A program made the position numbers and the translations under genes. The notes below the pieces were generated by a model. The model worked only from the letters and a program-made list of their open reading frames with translations. It did not search any database and was not told the DNA's origin. Shown piece by piece: positions 41,942 to 50,876 of a stretch of 64,000 nt of DNA (position 1 is its first letter; the number at the start of each line of letters is the position of its first letter). Source of the DNA: a candidate division FCPU426 bacterium (GTDB lineage: Bacteria; Oederibacteriota; Muellerivitia; Muellerivitales; Muellerivitaceae); NCBI GenBank assembly GCA_963771075.1, contig CAVYSE010000003.1, forward strand, positions 352,001 to 416,000, read 5' to 3'.

Positions 41942-42387
41942 TCCGTTCCCATTCCCTTCCTGGCAAATAACAATTCCGCCACCTCCTGGTGCCTTTCGAC
42001 CCCGCTAAGGACGATCCCAAAAGGATCTACGCCTGGGATTTCGATAAAGAGGTCCCCGATGTTGAAAAGCTTTTGGACGAGGTTTTGTTTGCAGGTGATA
42101 TCGATGATCTTGTCGAAAGGAATGGCCGTGGAGTACTTGACCAGGATTCCGGTCCTGATTTCAATCCGATCCGGTCGAATGATGTACTTTGTGGTCGCCA
42201 GGAAAATCCAAAGGCAAAAAAGCAGGAGTATTTCCAGAATCCAGAATGCCGGAAAGACATAGGCAATTTCGACCCCCTGAGGAACCAGGAGAAACAAGGC
42301 TAAGGGAACGATGAAAATGGAAAGGTATTGGAAGAAGGAAGGATGGAAAACTTTGATTTCTTCCGTATTTTGTTTTTGGCTTTCCAT
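41923..42387 (-). CDS. Bacterial PH-domain membrane protein
   Basis: 2 TM, then Y.I...RIEIRTGIL....IP..KI.DI...Q..Q.LFNIGDL. Confidence 0.85.
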   Translation of the reverse strand: MESQKQNTEEIKVFHPSFFQYLSIFIVPLALFLLVPQGVEIAYVFPAFWILEILLLFCLWIFLATTKYIIRPDRIEIRTGILVKYSTAIPFDKIIDITCKQNLVQKLFNIGDLFIEIPGVDPFGIVLSGVERHQEVAELLFARKGMGTECPDIQ

Positions 42388-42400
42388 AACTCACCTTTAA

Positions 42401-42907
42401 TTAATAAAGCTGCACGAACGCGGGGTCGCTGTCTTGGGTGACATAGACCGTCAAACCAAAATCCTTGATATAGGGCCGGTCCACCCTGATCCGGCACTTG
42501 TAGGGGTTGTCCATTGGCGCTCCCCCTTTCAGGAAAACTTCTCCTCCGGATTGCCTTTTCAAAAGCCAGCCCTGGATGGTCTGGTCGCATGAAATATCGA
42601 TGATGAAATTGAGGCCTAAATTAGTAACCAAGGCGCTGACCTTGGCTTCGTCGGTTTCGGTTTGGAAATTGTAGGTTTGGGTCTGGAAAGGGGTCGCGGT
42701 GGGGGGCGTCACCGGTTCGGCCTTCTTCCCCCGGCGGGGGCTGGAAATTCCCCCACTTGGGTTTCCTGCCCAATAGTCGCCCGGAGCCTTATGTTCCATG
42801 ACCTGTTCAATGGCCCATTGGTCCCTTTCCCGGATTGACACAAAAGGGTTCTCCTCCGCAAATGCGGAAGAAAAGATTAAAAAGAACAATGGAATCAATT
42901 TCCTCAA
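42401..42907 (-). CDS. Secreted hypothetical protein
   Basis: Signal peptide ending SAFA; coupled to neighbours. Confidence 0.7.
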   Translation of the reverse strand: MRKLIPLFFLIFSSAFAEENPFVSIRERDQWAIEQVMEHKAPGDYWAGNPSGGISSPRRGKKAEPVTPPTATPFQTQTYNFQTETDEAKVSALVTNLGLNFIIDISCDQTIQGWLLKRQSGGEVFLKGGAPMDNPYKCRIRVDRPYIKDFGLTVYVTQDSDPAFVQLY

Positions 42908-44208
42908 AACTGGACCCCCGCATCCACGCTAAAGACGTAGGTGTTGTAACCGGGCGAGAGGAGAGGTATTTCAAGCCCGTCCGTCTCGTTCCCGCCCCCA
43001 ACCGGCATGGGTAACGGCGTATTGATGTTGTTTTGGTTCAACCGCGCGAAGGTGAAATCACCCATGGAATCGGTGATGTTGAAGTCGATGAAAATGGAGC
43101 GGATTCGAATCCGGGCCTTCCCATACAAAGCGTTCTGGGGCACCCCCCCGGTCGGCGGGTTAATTCCATTCCCACCCGTAAAGGGATTATTGGGATTGCT
43201 GGCAATCGGAACTTGCATTTCCAGGATGATCCGGTCCAGGGACAGGAAATCAAACGTGAATAGGTGCTCGGCCCTTGCCCCAAAGGTGAAGGCGTTCGTG
43301 TCGCCGGAATGCGCGGAATCCTGAACGCCGTACTCGAAGTAAAGGGTGTAATCCCTTGAGAAATTGGCTTCCCCGCAAATGGAATAGGCCGGGTTACCGC
43401 TTACCGAGGAATACTGGAAATCATCCGACGCGCTGCCCCCCAAATTGAAAAGTAGGACCGTCCGGAGATCCCCAAAATTGAGCTTCATTCGGGCCTGCCC
43501 CATGAAATACCCCTGGGAACCGTCCAGGACGGCGTCCTGGGCCGAAAGAAGCGTAGGAAAATAGAAGAAACTCAATGAAGTCGGCGGGCTGGAAACGCTC
43601 TTGTAATCCTCCACCCCAAAGAAAAACTTGAATGGGATATAAACTTTGATCCCATCCAGCCGCCGTAATCCCATCAGGGGATATCTGCCGAAAAAATGGG
43701 TCGTACTGGCGATGTCGGACAAATCCATCCGGCCAACCCTTACCTCTATCCACGGTTCCGAGAGGGAGAAATTCGCTTCCCTGAGTTGGATTTCCCCAAC
43801 ATCATCCGAGCTTGAAAAATCCTTCATGAAACGGACCGTCCCAAGGGCCGAAACGTCGTTCTCGTCGAGCTTCCGGACGGCGGACAGGTCAAATAAGGAA
43901 TATCCCGAAGTCCCCATAGCATCACTTGAGTAATGGGCCGCGACGGTCGCGTTAAGGGCCTTGGAGTCGTTGTCCACATGTGGAGGGGGCACCCAAACCG
44001 GCTTGGGTGCCGGAGTGGGCGTAGAACTCGGGTTTGGGGTGGGAGTTTCGGTCGGTGCTTTCTTGGCGAACGCGCTACCAGAAAAAGCGAATATCAAAAC
44101 CACTAAAACCAACGCTTCAGTTTTCATACCGACCTCCAAATAATTCTTAAAGGAGGTCGGCATAGTCCCGATTACCTTTAAGCTTTTAAAAACGGATAAT
44201 CGGGGCAT
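42904..44208 (-). CDS. Putative outer-membrane beta-barrel protein
   Basis: Signal peptide, TP linker, amphipathic strands, C-terminal VFSVDAGVQF. Confidence 0.65.
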   Translation of the reverse strand: MPRLSVFKSLKVIGTMPTSFKNYLEVGMKTEALVLVVLIFAFSGSAFAKKAPTETPTPNPSSTPTPAPKPVWVPPPHVDNDSKALNATVAAHYSSDAMGTSGYSLFDLSAVRKLDENDVSALGTVRFMKDFSSSDDVGEIQLREANFSLSEPWIEVRVGRMDLSDIASTTHFFGRYPLMGLRRLDGIKVYIPFKFFFGVEDYKSVSSPPTSLSFFYFPTLLSAQDAVLDGSQGYFMGQARMKLNFGDLRTVLLFNLGGSASDDFQYSSVSGNPAYSICGEANFSRDYTLYFEYGVQDSAHSGDTNAFTFGARAEHLFTFDFLSLDRIILEMQVPIASNPNNPFTGGNGINPPTGGVPQNALYGKARIRIRSIFIDFNITDSMGDFTFARLNQNNINTPLPMPVGGGNETDGLEIPLLSPGYNTYVFSVDAGVQF

Positions 44209-44221
44209 GCCTTTATCTCCC

Positions 44222-44992
44222 TTATGGAATGGTGTAGGTGACCAGCAGCCTCGGCTTCTGCTGGCTATTTCCGGTGTTGTCCCAAAAGGTGATAAATCCT
44301 GATAGCGTTCCGGTTGTTTCGGGTTCAGGCGAAATTAATATTCCATAGTTGTTGTTGCTCTTATTCGCCCAAACCTGGGCCAATGTAGGCGTGATGTTCC
44401 ATGCTAAAAGGACTTGGTTTGAATTTACTTGGGCAGGGGTCACCGTCACCGCGTCCATAGGGGTGCTCGCGTAATCCGTCCCGACCGTGATAGGGGAGCT
44501 GGTCCCTCCGTCCCAGCCGTAGGGAGAAACCACTACGTTCCAGGTGCTTGAGTCGTTCCAGGTGATTTGTCCGGCGGGGGGTGGAATAACTTGGTGGACA
44601 CCAAAAACATCGCTAACCCCGGATAGAATCGTTCCCGTTTCGGTCGTCAATTGAAGGCTTGCCGCCATGATGTTGGCGTTCACCGGCAAGCCATAGGAAA
44701 GGTCAAAGCGGATGAGTCCAAGCGAGGGTTGGAAAGTTCCGTTCCCGTACCCGACTTGGATTTCCCCCGTCGCGGGTGCGCTGTTTGGGTTGTTTCCGTC
44801 AATCCAATGGGAGTCGCAACCCGCGTACCCCGCGTCCGGGTAAACCCCATTCTCAAACTCAACCGTGTAGGCCGTGGACCCTGGTCCTGTGGCTCCTTGG
44901 GGGCCTGTCGGCCCGGAAGGCCCTTTGTCACAACCTGCCAACAAACTAACCAGCGCAAGAAACAGATATTTTTTCATGGGTCTATCCTTCAA
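44222..44992 (-). CDS. Lipoprotein with short collagen-like stretch and DNRLRE/CBM96-like domain
   Basis: LAGC lipobox, GPSGPTGPQGATG, GLIRFDLS, NYGILI, KPRLLVTY. Confidence 0.75.
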   Translation of the reverse strand: MKDRPMKKYLFLALVSLLAGCDKGPSGPTGPQGATGPGSTAYTVEFENGVYPDAGYAGCDSHWIDGNNPNSAPATGEIQVGYGNGTFQPSLGLIRFDLSYGLPVNANIMAASLQLTTETGTILSGVSDVFGVHQVIPPPAGQITWNDSSTWNVVVSPYGWDGGTSSPITVGTDYASTPMDAVTVTPAQVNSNQVLLAWNITPTLAQVWANKSNNNYGILISPEPETTGTLSGFITFWDNTGNSQQKPRLLVTYTIP

Positions 44993-46110
44993 TAGGAATA
45001 ATTAAAAGCCGTGGCGTTCCCGCCGCTGACGGGGACGGCGACTGAACCCGATTGCCCCTCGAAGGAAACATATAAAGTCGGTGAATATTGGGTGGTGTTC
45101 ATGGTGAACCCGTAATTGCCGGGTCCAAGGATGAATTTCGGACCGCCGCAATCTTGAGTAGCGACCGACTGGCCGTTCATGGAAACGTTGGTAAGACAAC
45201 AATTGCCGCTCGTAAACCAAACCTGGAAGGATGAGCAGGCATCCGTGGCGCTGATATATAGCTCTCCACTCCACTCAAAAGAATAATTGCTCCCGCAAGT
45301 CCCAATTCCCAAAAGGGTGTTAGTCACAGTTACTTTGGCGTTTGAGCTGAAATTTTTAACGATTGTTTGCGGGGCGCTGAATGCCCTGGGGTAAGGCGTG
45401 GGCTCAAAATCGAGGGCTGTAACGGCGAAGCTGGGTTGCTGGTCAACGCAATTATTGGCTATGACCGTGACCGTACCGGTGTCGGCATTCCCGAAACCAA
45501 TTGTTGTCGGGCCAAAAGCACCGCTCCAATTGTTTGGAAATGGTGAAAAAGCAATTTTGGCGGGGATGAAAAGGTTTCCTGGCTGGCTATAAATCAGGTT
45601 GAAGGTATAAGGCGCACCAGGGTTCGTTGAAGTGAAGGATTCCGGGACGGTCGGGGTCAAATAAAGCGTTGCCCCCGCTGAATTGAAGTTGGCCGTTTCA
45701 TTGACGACTGATACCGGCATGGTGATCGTGCTCGGTGCGAAGGGGAAGGGTGTTTGAGCCGGGACCACAAAAGTCCAATTGCCCACTTCCAGGTATGGCG
45801 GGTTGAATATGGCTATCCCACTGGCCGTGGTCGATTGACTGAAGACCGTTACCCCGGAAGGCGGTATAGCCTTGACCATCAGGTTAGGTACGGCGATCCC
45901 CTTATCCTCAACAAAGACGTTTACAGCACCATAAATGCGGACGGGAGTTGGAGTAAAAGCAATATCGTAAGGTGTGGAGGGACCGTTGTTTTTACAACCC
46001 GTTGAACAAACAACAGCAGAAAACGCGACCAACAATATTCTCAAAATGATAACGGATTTTTTTTCCATAAAACCCTCCATAAACGCCACAGATAAACATC
46101 CTTTAACCAA
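44989..46110 (-). CDS. Putative surface lipoprotein, beta-rich
   Basis: STGC lipobox-like; Thr/Pro/Asn-rich. Confidence 0.7.
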   Translation of the reverse strand: MVKGCLSVAFMEGFMEKKSVIILRILLVAFSAVVCSTGCKNNGPSTPYDIAFTPTPVRIYGAVNVFVEDKGIAVPNLMVKAIPPSGVTVFSQSTTASGIAIFNPPYLEVGNWTFVVPAQTPFPFAPSTITMPVSVVNETANFNSAGATLYLTPTVPESFTSTNPGAPYTFNLIYSQPGNLFIPAKIAFSPFPNNWSGAFGPTTIGFGNADTGTVTVIANNCVDQQPSFAVTALDFEPTPYPRAFSAPQTIVKNFSSNAKVTVTNTLLGIGTCGSNYSFEWSGELYISATDACSSFQVWFTSGNCCLTNVSMNGQSVATQDCGGPKFILGPGNYGFTMNTTQYSPTLYVSFEGQSGSVAVPVSGGNATAFNYSY

Positions 46111-46166
46111 ATTGCTTTTGCCTTTGTGTCAAGGATGAGATTTTTAACTATTTATAAAAAGTTGAC

Positions 46167-46201
46167 CAGGACATCAAAGTCCACCGGACTTTGATGTCCT
46201 G
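46167..46201. promoter_or_regulatory. Perfect 16-bp inverted repeat between divergent genes (candidate operator or oriT hairpin)
   Basis: CAGGACATCAAAGTCC-ACC-GGACTTTGATGTCCTG. Confidence 0.65.
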
Positions 46202-46567
46202 TTGTCACTTTTAGTTTTGAACTACCATTTCCAAATGCCTTATTCAGACCCTTCCGAAATATCGTTCCTAATGGAAATCCAACATATCATCGCCATTAAA
46301 AGGGCCGAAAAAGGTTTCGGCCAAGAGTATCTTGCCGAGAAAGTGGATGCGTGCGACCGGGAAGTCCGGCGATGGGAACATAAAACGAAAGCGATTCAAA
46401 TCAAGATTTTGTATTTGTACAGGCTCGCGAAAATTTTCGACTGTTCAATCCATGATCTTTTGCCGTATGACCCTGTTTATGGCGGCAACGGGCATAAAAC
46501 CGTTAGCAGCCGTGAAAAAGCCGGATCTAAATTAGACCCGTCGGATACTTGGAGCCATGTTGATTGA
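46202..46567 (+). CDS. XRE-family HTH regulator (start uncertain)
   Basis: R..KG.GQE.LAEKV......V.RWE.......L.RLAKIFDCSI.DLL. Confidence 0.75.
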   Translation: MSLLVLNYHFQMPYSDPSEISFLMEIQHIIAIKRAEKGFGQEYLAEKVDACDREVRRWEHKTKAIQIKILYLYRLAKIFDCSIHDLLPYDPVYGGNGHKTVSSREKAGSKLDPSDTWSHVD

Positions 46568-46769
46568 AGAAAAGGACAAGAAACGCGTATTAAAGGATTT
46601 AGTAGAGCGTTTTAAGAAATTATTGCCTGATGAGAATGTTGAGGGGGACCCCTTTTGGGGGTTGATGGAAATTCGCGGAGGAAAATTAACGGGTAACTAT
46701 TATGTTATTCAGTCAGATCTACCGCACCCAAACATGGCGCTCCCTTTGTTTTTTAGAGAAACTGAGTAA
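46557..46769 (+). pseudogene. Hypothetical gene truncated by IS66
   Basis: Its stop codon (TAA) lies within the IS terminus GTAAG starting at 46766. Confidence 0.55.
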
Positions 46770-46790
46770 GCGTCCTGTCAGGCCATATGT

Positions 46791-48470
46791 TTAGTGAGGG
46801 GCAAGCATGGTAGGCGTTTTTTCGGTGGAATCTGGTCGGGCAGTCTGGAAGACCGGCGTTTCCGGGACGGGGCCGAGGACGTAGGTGGCGGGCAACAGTT
46901 CTCGGATACGGCTCATGGGGTGGGTTTTCACCCGGCTGATAATGTCGCGAAGATAAAAGTAAGGATCAATTTTGTGGCGCTTGCAGGAAGCCACCAGGCT
47001 GTAGAGGATGGCCGCCCACCCGCCGCCCGCAACGCTCCCCGCGAACAGCCAGTTCTTGCGGCCCACCGTCACACACCGAAGTGCCCTCTCCGCCGCGTTG
47101 TTGTCGATGTTCAAATCGCCGTCTTCTACATACCGGTTCAAGGCGTCCCATTGGTTAAACACATAAGTCAAGGCCTCACCGAAGGGGCTCTTGGGTAAGG
47201 TCACGAGCGCCTGGGTGTCCAACCACTCTTTGAAGGCCTCCAAGATCGGTTTGGATTTCTCGGCCCTCAAGGCCTGCCACCCGGCGGTATCCAGCGTCTT
47301 TTCGTCCGCCTCCCACTCCACCTCGTAGAGTTTTCGAATGAAAGCCATGGCCATCTTGGAGCGGCTCTTGTCCGACACCTTGGCTTCGTTGAATTTCCTT
47401 CGGGCGTGCGCCCAACAAGCCACTTCCACCGCCTTTTCGGGCTTGAACATGCAGTCATACCCCGTGTAGGCATCCGCCTGGAGATACCCCTTCCAATCGC
47501 CCAGGAAAGCCTTCGGGTGCTCCGCCCGCCTATTTTCCGTGAACTCATAGACAATGTTCGCGTGGGTCTCGTCGCCCACGTAGGTCCACAGGCGGCCTGT
47601 CTTCGCCTTACTATGTTTATCTTCCTCTTCGTCCCTTTGCCCCACCGATCCCGGGGGCTCTGAGGCTCCCGGCGGGGCGCCGTCGTCCAGGTATGGCACC
47701 GGCGTATCGTCCGTGTGGATCACCTTGGATTCCAGCACGTCCTGTTTCATGGCCTCGTACAAGGGTTCCAACAATCCCGCCACTGCTCCCACCCAGCCAC
47801 ACAAGGTGGAACGGCTTATTTCCAGGCCCCCTCTTTCAAATATTTCCGCTTGGCGGTAAAGCGGCAGGTGATCTGCGTATTTCGCCGTTACCACCTGGGC
47901 CAGCAACCCAGGACCCGCGATGCAACGCTCGATGGGCCTCACCGGCGCCTCACTGGTCACCGGGGCATTCTTACAGCAGGAACAGGCCCATTTTTCCAGG
48001 ACATCCTGGCGGATATAGGTGACCGCCGGGATGTGTTCCAGGGTGTTTCGCACGTCCTCGCCCATCTTCGTCAGGGGTTTTTGGCATTCCAGGCAGGTCT
48101 TCTTGTCCTCGCTCAGGGGGTGTTCCACCCGCAAGATGGGCAGGTTCTCGGGCGGCTTGTTTCGCCCATGGCCCTTCTTCCTCGTGTAGGTCAGCGTTTC
48201 GGTTTCTTCTTGGGGCTTTTGGGCTGCGGTCATCTGCCCCAACCGTTCTTCGATCTCTTTGAGAAAAATCGACAGTTGGGCATCGTTGAATTGTTCGGAC
48301 TTGCGACCGTACCGACTTTTTGCGGCCAAGTAGAGTTGGTGCCGCAGGCGTTCAATGGTTTCACCCTGATCCTTCAAGGTTTCGAAAAGACTTAGGACGA
48401 GGGATTTTAGGGAAGCGGAATCATCAGGAAGGGTTTTTAAATCGGGAAGAGTAAGAGGAGAGGTTGGCAT
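46791..48470 (-). CDS. tnpC: IS66 transposase TnpC
   Basis: KYADHLPLYRQ, HTDDTPV, LQADAY, CWAHARRKF, DNNAAER. Confidence 0.96.
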   Translation of the reverse strand: MPTSPLTLPDLKTLPDDSASLKSLVLSLFETLKDQGETIERLRHQLYLAAKSRYGRKSEQFNDAQLSIFLKEIEERLGQMTAAQKPQEETETLTYTRKKGHGRNKPPENLPILRVEHPLSEDKKTCLECQKPLTKMGEDVRNTLEHIPAVTYIRQDVLEKWACSCCKNAPVTSEAPVRPIERCIAGPGLLAQVVTAKYADHLPLYRQAEIFERGGLEISRSTLCGWVGAVAGLLEPLYEAMKQDVLESKVIHTDDTPVPYLDDGAPPGASEPPGSVGQRDEEEDKHSKAKTGRLWTYVGDETHANIVYEFTENRRAEHPKAFLGDWKGYLQADAYTGYDCMFKPEKAVEVACWAHARRKFNEAKVSDKSRSKMAMAFIRKLYEVEWEADEKTLDTAGWQALRAEKSKPILEAFKEWLDTQALVTLPKSPFGEALTYVFNQWDALNRYVEDGDLNIDNNAAERALRCVTVGRKNWLFAGSVAGGGWAAILYSLVASCKRHKIDPYFYLRDIISRVKTHPMSRIRELLPATYVLGPVPETPVFQTARPDSTEKTPTMLAPH

Positions 48471-48528
48471 CGCTCTTTGAGACGCACCAACCTCTCCCGA
48501 AGTTTCAAACAACTTCAAAAATTCTTCA

Positions 48529-48903
48529 TCACGCCATCACCGGTTGGGGTTTGTGCGACAGGCCCAGGCTAAACCGTTTGCGCCTCTGTACTCTCGCCAG
48601 GCTGATTCCCTCGATGAGCATCGAAAGCTCCGCCTGGCTCATCTCCACGCACGTTCCTTCACCTTGGCGCATCTCGAAGGTCCCGGCTTCCAGGCGCTTG
48701 TACCACAGGCACAACCCATCCCCGCCCCAGTACAACACCTTCAGCCGGTCCCCCCGCCGGTTGCGGAACACGAACAGGTGCCCACTCAAAGGGTCTTGCC
48801 TCATCACCTCACCGGCCAGGGCCGACAGGCCGTCAAACCCCTTGCGCATGTCCGCCGCTCTCGTACACACAAATACTCGGATGCCCGCCGAGAGGGTCAG
48901 CAC
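48529..48903 (-). CDS. tnpB: IS66 accessory protein TnpB
   Basis: DMRKGFDGL, FVFRNRRGDRLKVLYW, KRLEAG. Confidence 0.96.
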   Translation of the reverse strand: MLTLSAGIRVFVCTRAADMRKGFDGLSALAGEVMRQDPLSGHLFVFRNRRGDRLKVLYWGGDGLCLWYKRLEAGTFEMRQGEGTCVEMSQAELSMLIEGISLARVQRRKRFSLGLSHKPQPVMA

Positions 48904-49232
48904 GCCTTTTCCTCCAGGGCTCGGACCAATTCAGCCAACGCCGGGGCGGGCATTTCCCGGTACAGCCTCAAAACCCGGCCGTTCAAAAGGGTCAATTCCA
49001 CAACCGGATGGGTTTCGCCACCCGCAGTCACTACTGAAACGGGCAGGAAGGCCTGGCGACCCCGAACCACAGGGCTCTGGGGACCGGCCAACCGTCTTTT
49101 CCAGGCGTAAAAGCTTGGCGGGCTGATCCGACTTTTACGGCAATAGGCCGATCCGCTCAGGCCACTACGCTTCCAGGCCCGCAAAACCTCCTCCCACCGC
49201 TTTTTATTCCGGAATTTGCTCTGCTTCGCCAT
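48897..49232 (-). CDS. tnpA: IS66 TnpA
   Basis: W..SGLS...YC......SFYAW.RRL, FLPV. Confidence 0.9.
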   Translation of the reverse strand: MAKQSKFRNKKRWEEVLRAWKRSGLSGSAYCRKSRISPPSFYAWKRRLAGPQSPVVRGRQAFLPVSVVTAGGETHPVVELTLLNGRVLRLYREMPAPALAELVRALEEKAC

Positions 49233-49243
49233 GGTTTTCCTCC

Positions 49244-50389
49244 CTAGACAAGATTGGTCTCCATGGTGGTTTCTACGGGAGGGTGGCAGGATTGGCTAGA
49301 TGGTGCAACAAGACGCTTACCCTTCAACGCAGGATGAACAATTTTCCCCTGTTCCAGGTTAAGCGCATGTTGCAAAACCGGGTCGGCTTCCAAAGCCTTC
49401 GGATAGCCCTTATTGGCGATCTTCAAGACATAGGGCAGGGTCGAGTTGGTGAGAGCGTAGGTAGATGTCATGCCCACGGCGCCAGGGATATTGGTTACGC
49501 AATAATGAACTACCCCGTGCTTCTTATAAACCGGAGCGCTGTGGGTAGTGGGGTGGGATGTTTCCACGCATCCGCCTTGGTCGATGGCCACATCCACAAT
49601 GACCGAACCAGGTTTCATGGCTTTCACCATGGCTTCGGTGACCAGCCGGGGGGCCTTGGCACCTTCCACATATACCGCCCCGATCAACAGGTCCGCATCC
49701 GCCACTTCTTCCCTTATGACCCTCCGGTTGGAAACCAGGGTGATCACGTTTTTAGGGAGTATTTCTTCCAAATGCCGTAAACGGCTGGGGTTGATATCCA
49801 GCACCGAAACCCGGGCGCCGATACCCGCCGCCACCTTGGCCGCGTTGGTGCCCACTGCCCCGCCCCCTAAAACCACCACCTTGGCGGGCTGAACCCCGGC
49901 CACCCCGCCTAAAAGGATGCCCTTACCGCCCATGGACCTTTCCAGGTATTTGGCTCCTTCTTGGATGGCCATCTTGCCCGCCACTTCGCTCATGGGGGTT
50001 AGGAGGGGGTGTTCCCCATCGGGCAAGCAGAGGGTTTCATAGGCCAGGGCGATAATGCCCGATTTGATCAGGGCGTGGGTGAGAGCCGGTGCGGCAGCCA
50101 GGTGGAAATAGCAGAAAACCAACTGCCCTTTGCGGAGGTATCGGATTTCGGAGGGCTGGGGTTCCTTAACCTTTAGGATCATCTGGGCCTGGCGGAAAAG
50201 GCTGGCCCTTTGGGGAACGATTTGGGCACCCGAATCCCGAAATTCCTTGTCCGAAAGGCCGCTTCCGGCCCCGGCGCCCTTTTCGATGAGGACCTTGTGC
50301 CCGGCCAAGGTTAGTTCCTCCACCCCGGCGGGGACGACCCCTACCCGAAACTCGTTGTCTTTGATTTCCTTCGGAACCCCGATGATCAT
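49244..50389 (-). CDS. ald: Alanine dehydrogenase; native C-terminus replaced by IS66 read-through beyond 49320
   Basis: IGVPKEIKDNEFRV, LLTPMSEVAG, GGGAVG, DVAIDQGGC, NIPGAV..TST.ALTN. Confidence 0.93.
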   Translation of the reverse strand: MIIGVPKEIKDNEFRVGVVPAGVEELTLAGHKVLIEKGAGAGSGLSDKEFRDSGAQIVPQRASLFRQAQMILKVKEPQPSEIRYLRKGQLVFCYFHLAAAPALTHALIKSGIIALAYETLCLPDGEHPLLTPMSEVAGKMAIQEGAKYLERSMGGKGILLGGVAGVQPAKVVVLGGGAVGTNAAKVAAGIGARVSVLDINPSRLRHLEEILPKNVITLVSNRRVIREEVADADLLIGAVYVEGAKAPRLVTEAMVKAMKPGSVIVDVAIDQGGCVETSHPTTHSAPVYKKHGVVHYCVTNIPGAVGMTSTYALTNSTLPYVLKIANKGYPKALEADPVLQHALNLEQGKIVHPALKGKRLVAPSSQSCHPPVETTMETNLV

Positions 50390-50530
50390 TAACGGCCCCC
50401 TACCGGCTCATGTTTGGCTATTTGATTGTAATCTTTATTCGCGACTCTGCGAAATATAGCCTGATGGACCCTCCCCCAAAACGGTAAATTTGAGAGACAC
50501 CTAAACAATCGGTACAAATCGATTTATACC

Positions 50531-50814
50531 GGTATTTATCCGGTATTTTCATGGTATTAGCCCGGTATGAATGGCGGTATTTACGGTATAAGCCCGGTAT
50601 TTGCTAGGTATTAATGGTAGTATGAATGGTATTAGCAGCGGTACAAATGGTATTTGTCCGGTATGAACCCGGTATAAATGCGGTATGAGTCGGTATTAGT
50701 GGTTGTATAAACGGTATTAGCCCCGGTATGAACGGTATGAGCTCGGTATTAATGGCGGTACAAATGGTATTAGCGACGGTATAAATGGTATTTGTACGGT
50801 ATGAATGGTTGTAC
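50531..50814. repeat. Helically phased GGTAY motif array (~27 copies, mean period ~10.7 bp)
   Basis: Motif starts at 50531,542,553,564,576,585,596,607,619,628,640,649,660,671,682,692,704,713,725,734,745,757,766,778,787,798,810 (three are degenerate at base 1). Confidence 0.85.
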
Positions 50815-50876
50815 GGACCAGTTGATTCGGTACACGGGATGTATACGGCCAGTTTGGCCCTGTATACACCCTCGGA

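Larger units (their letters stand above)
31114..46765 (-). mobile_element. Integrative (ICE-like) element at tRNA-Asp, truncated on the right by IS66
   Basis: att fragment, integrase, xis and a VirB-like operon co-oriented; divergent XRE regulator; ends at IS66 terminus. Confidence 0.8.
46766..49320 (-). mobile_element. IS66-family insertion sequence, no target-site duplication
   Basis: Termini GTAAGCGTCCTGTCAGGCCAT and (revcomp) GTAAGCGTCTTGTTGCACCAT; tnpA-tnpB-tnpC; flanks GAAACTGA vs CCTTCAAC. Confidence 0.95.

Noticed and set aside
48529..48903. TnpB as an RNA-guided nuclease for the array
   Set aside because: This is the small IS66 accessory TnpB, unrelated to IS200/605 RuvC TnpB
49299..49309. 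IS66 end contains (revcomp) GTTGCACCATC, similar to the repeat start GTTGCACACCATC
   Set aside because: Short, gapped match that is absent from the other IS end; likely coincidence
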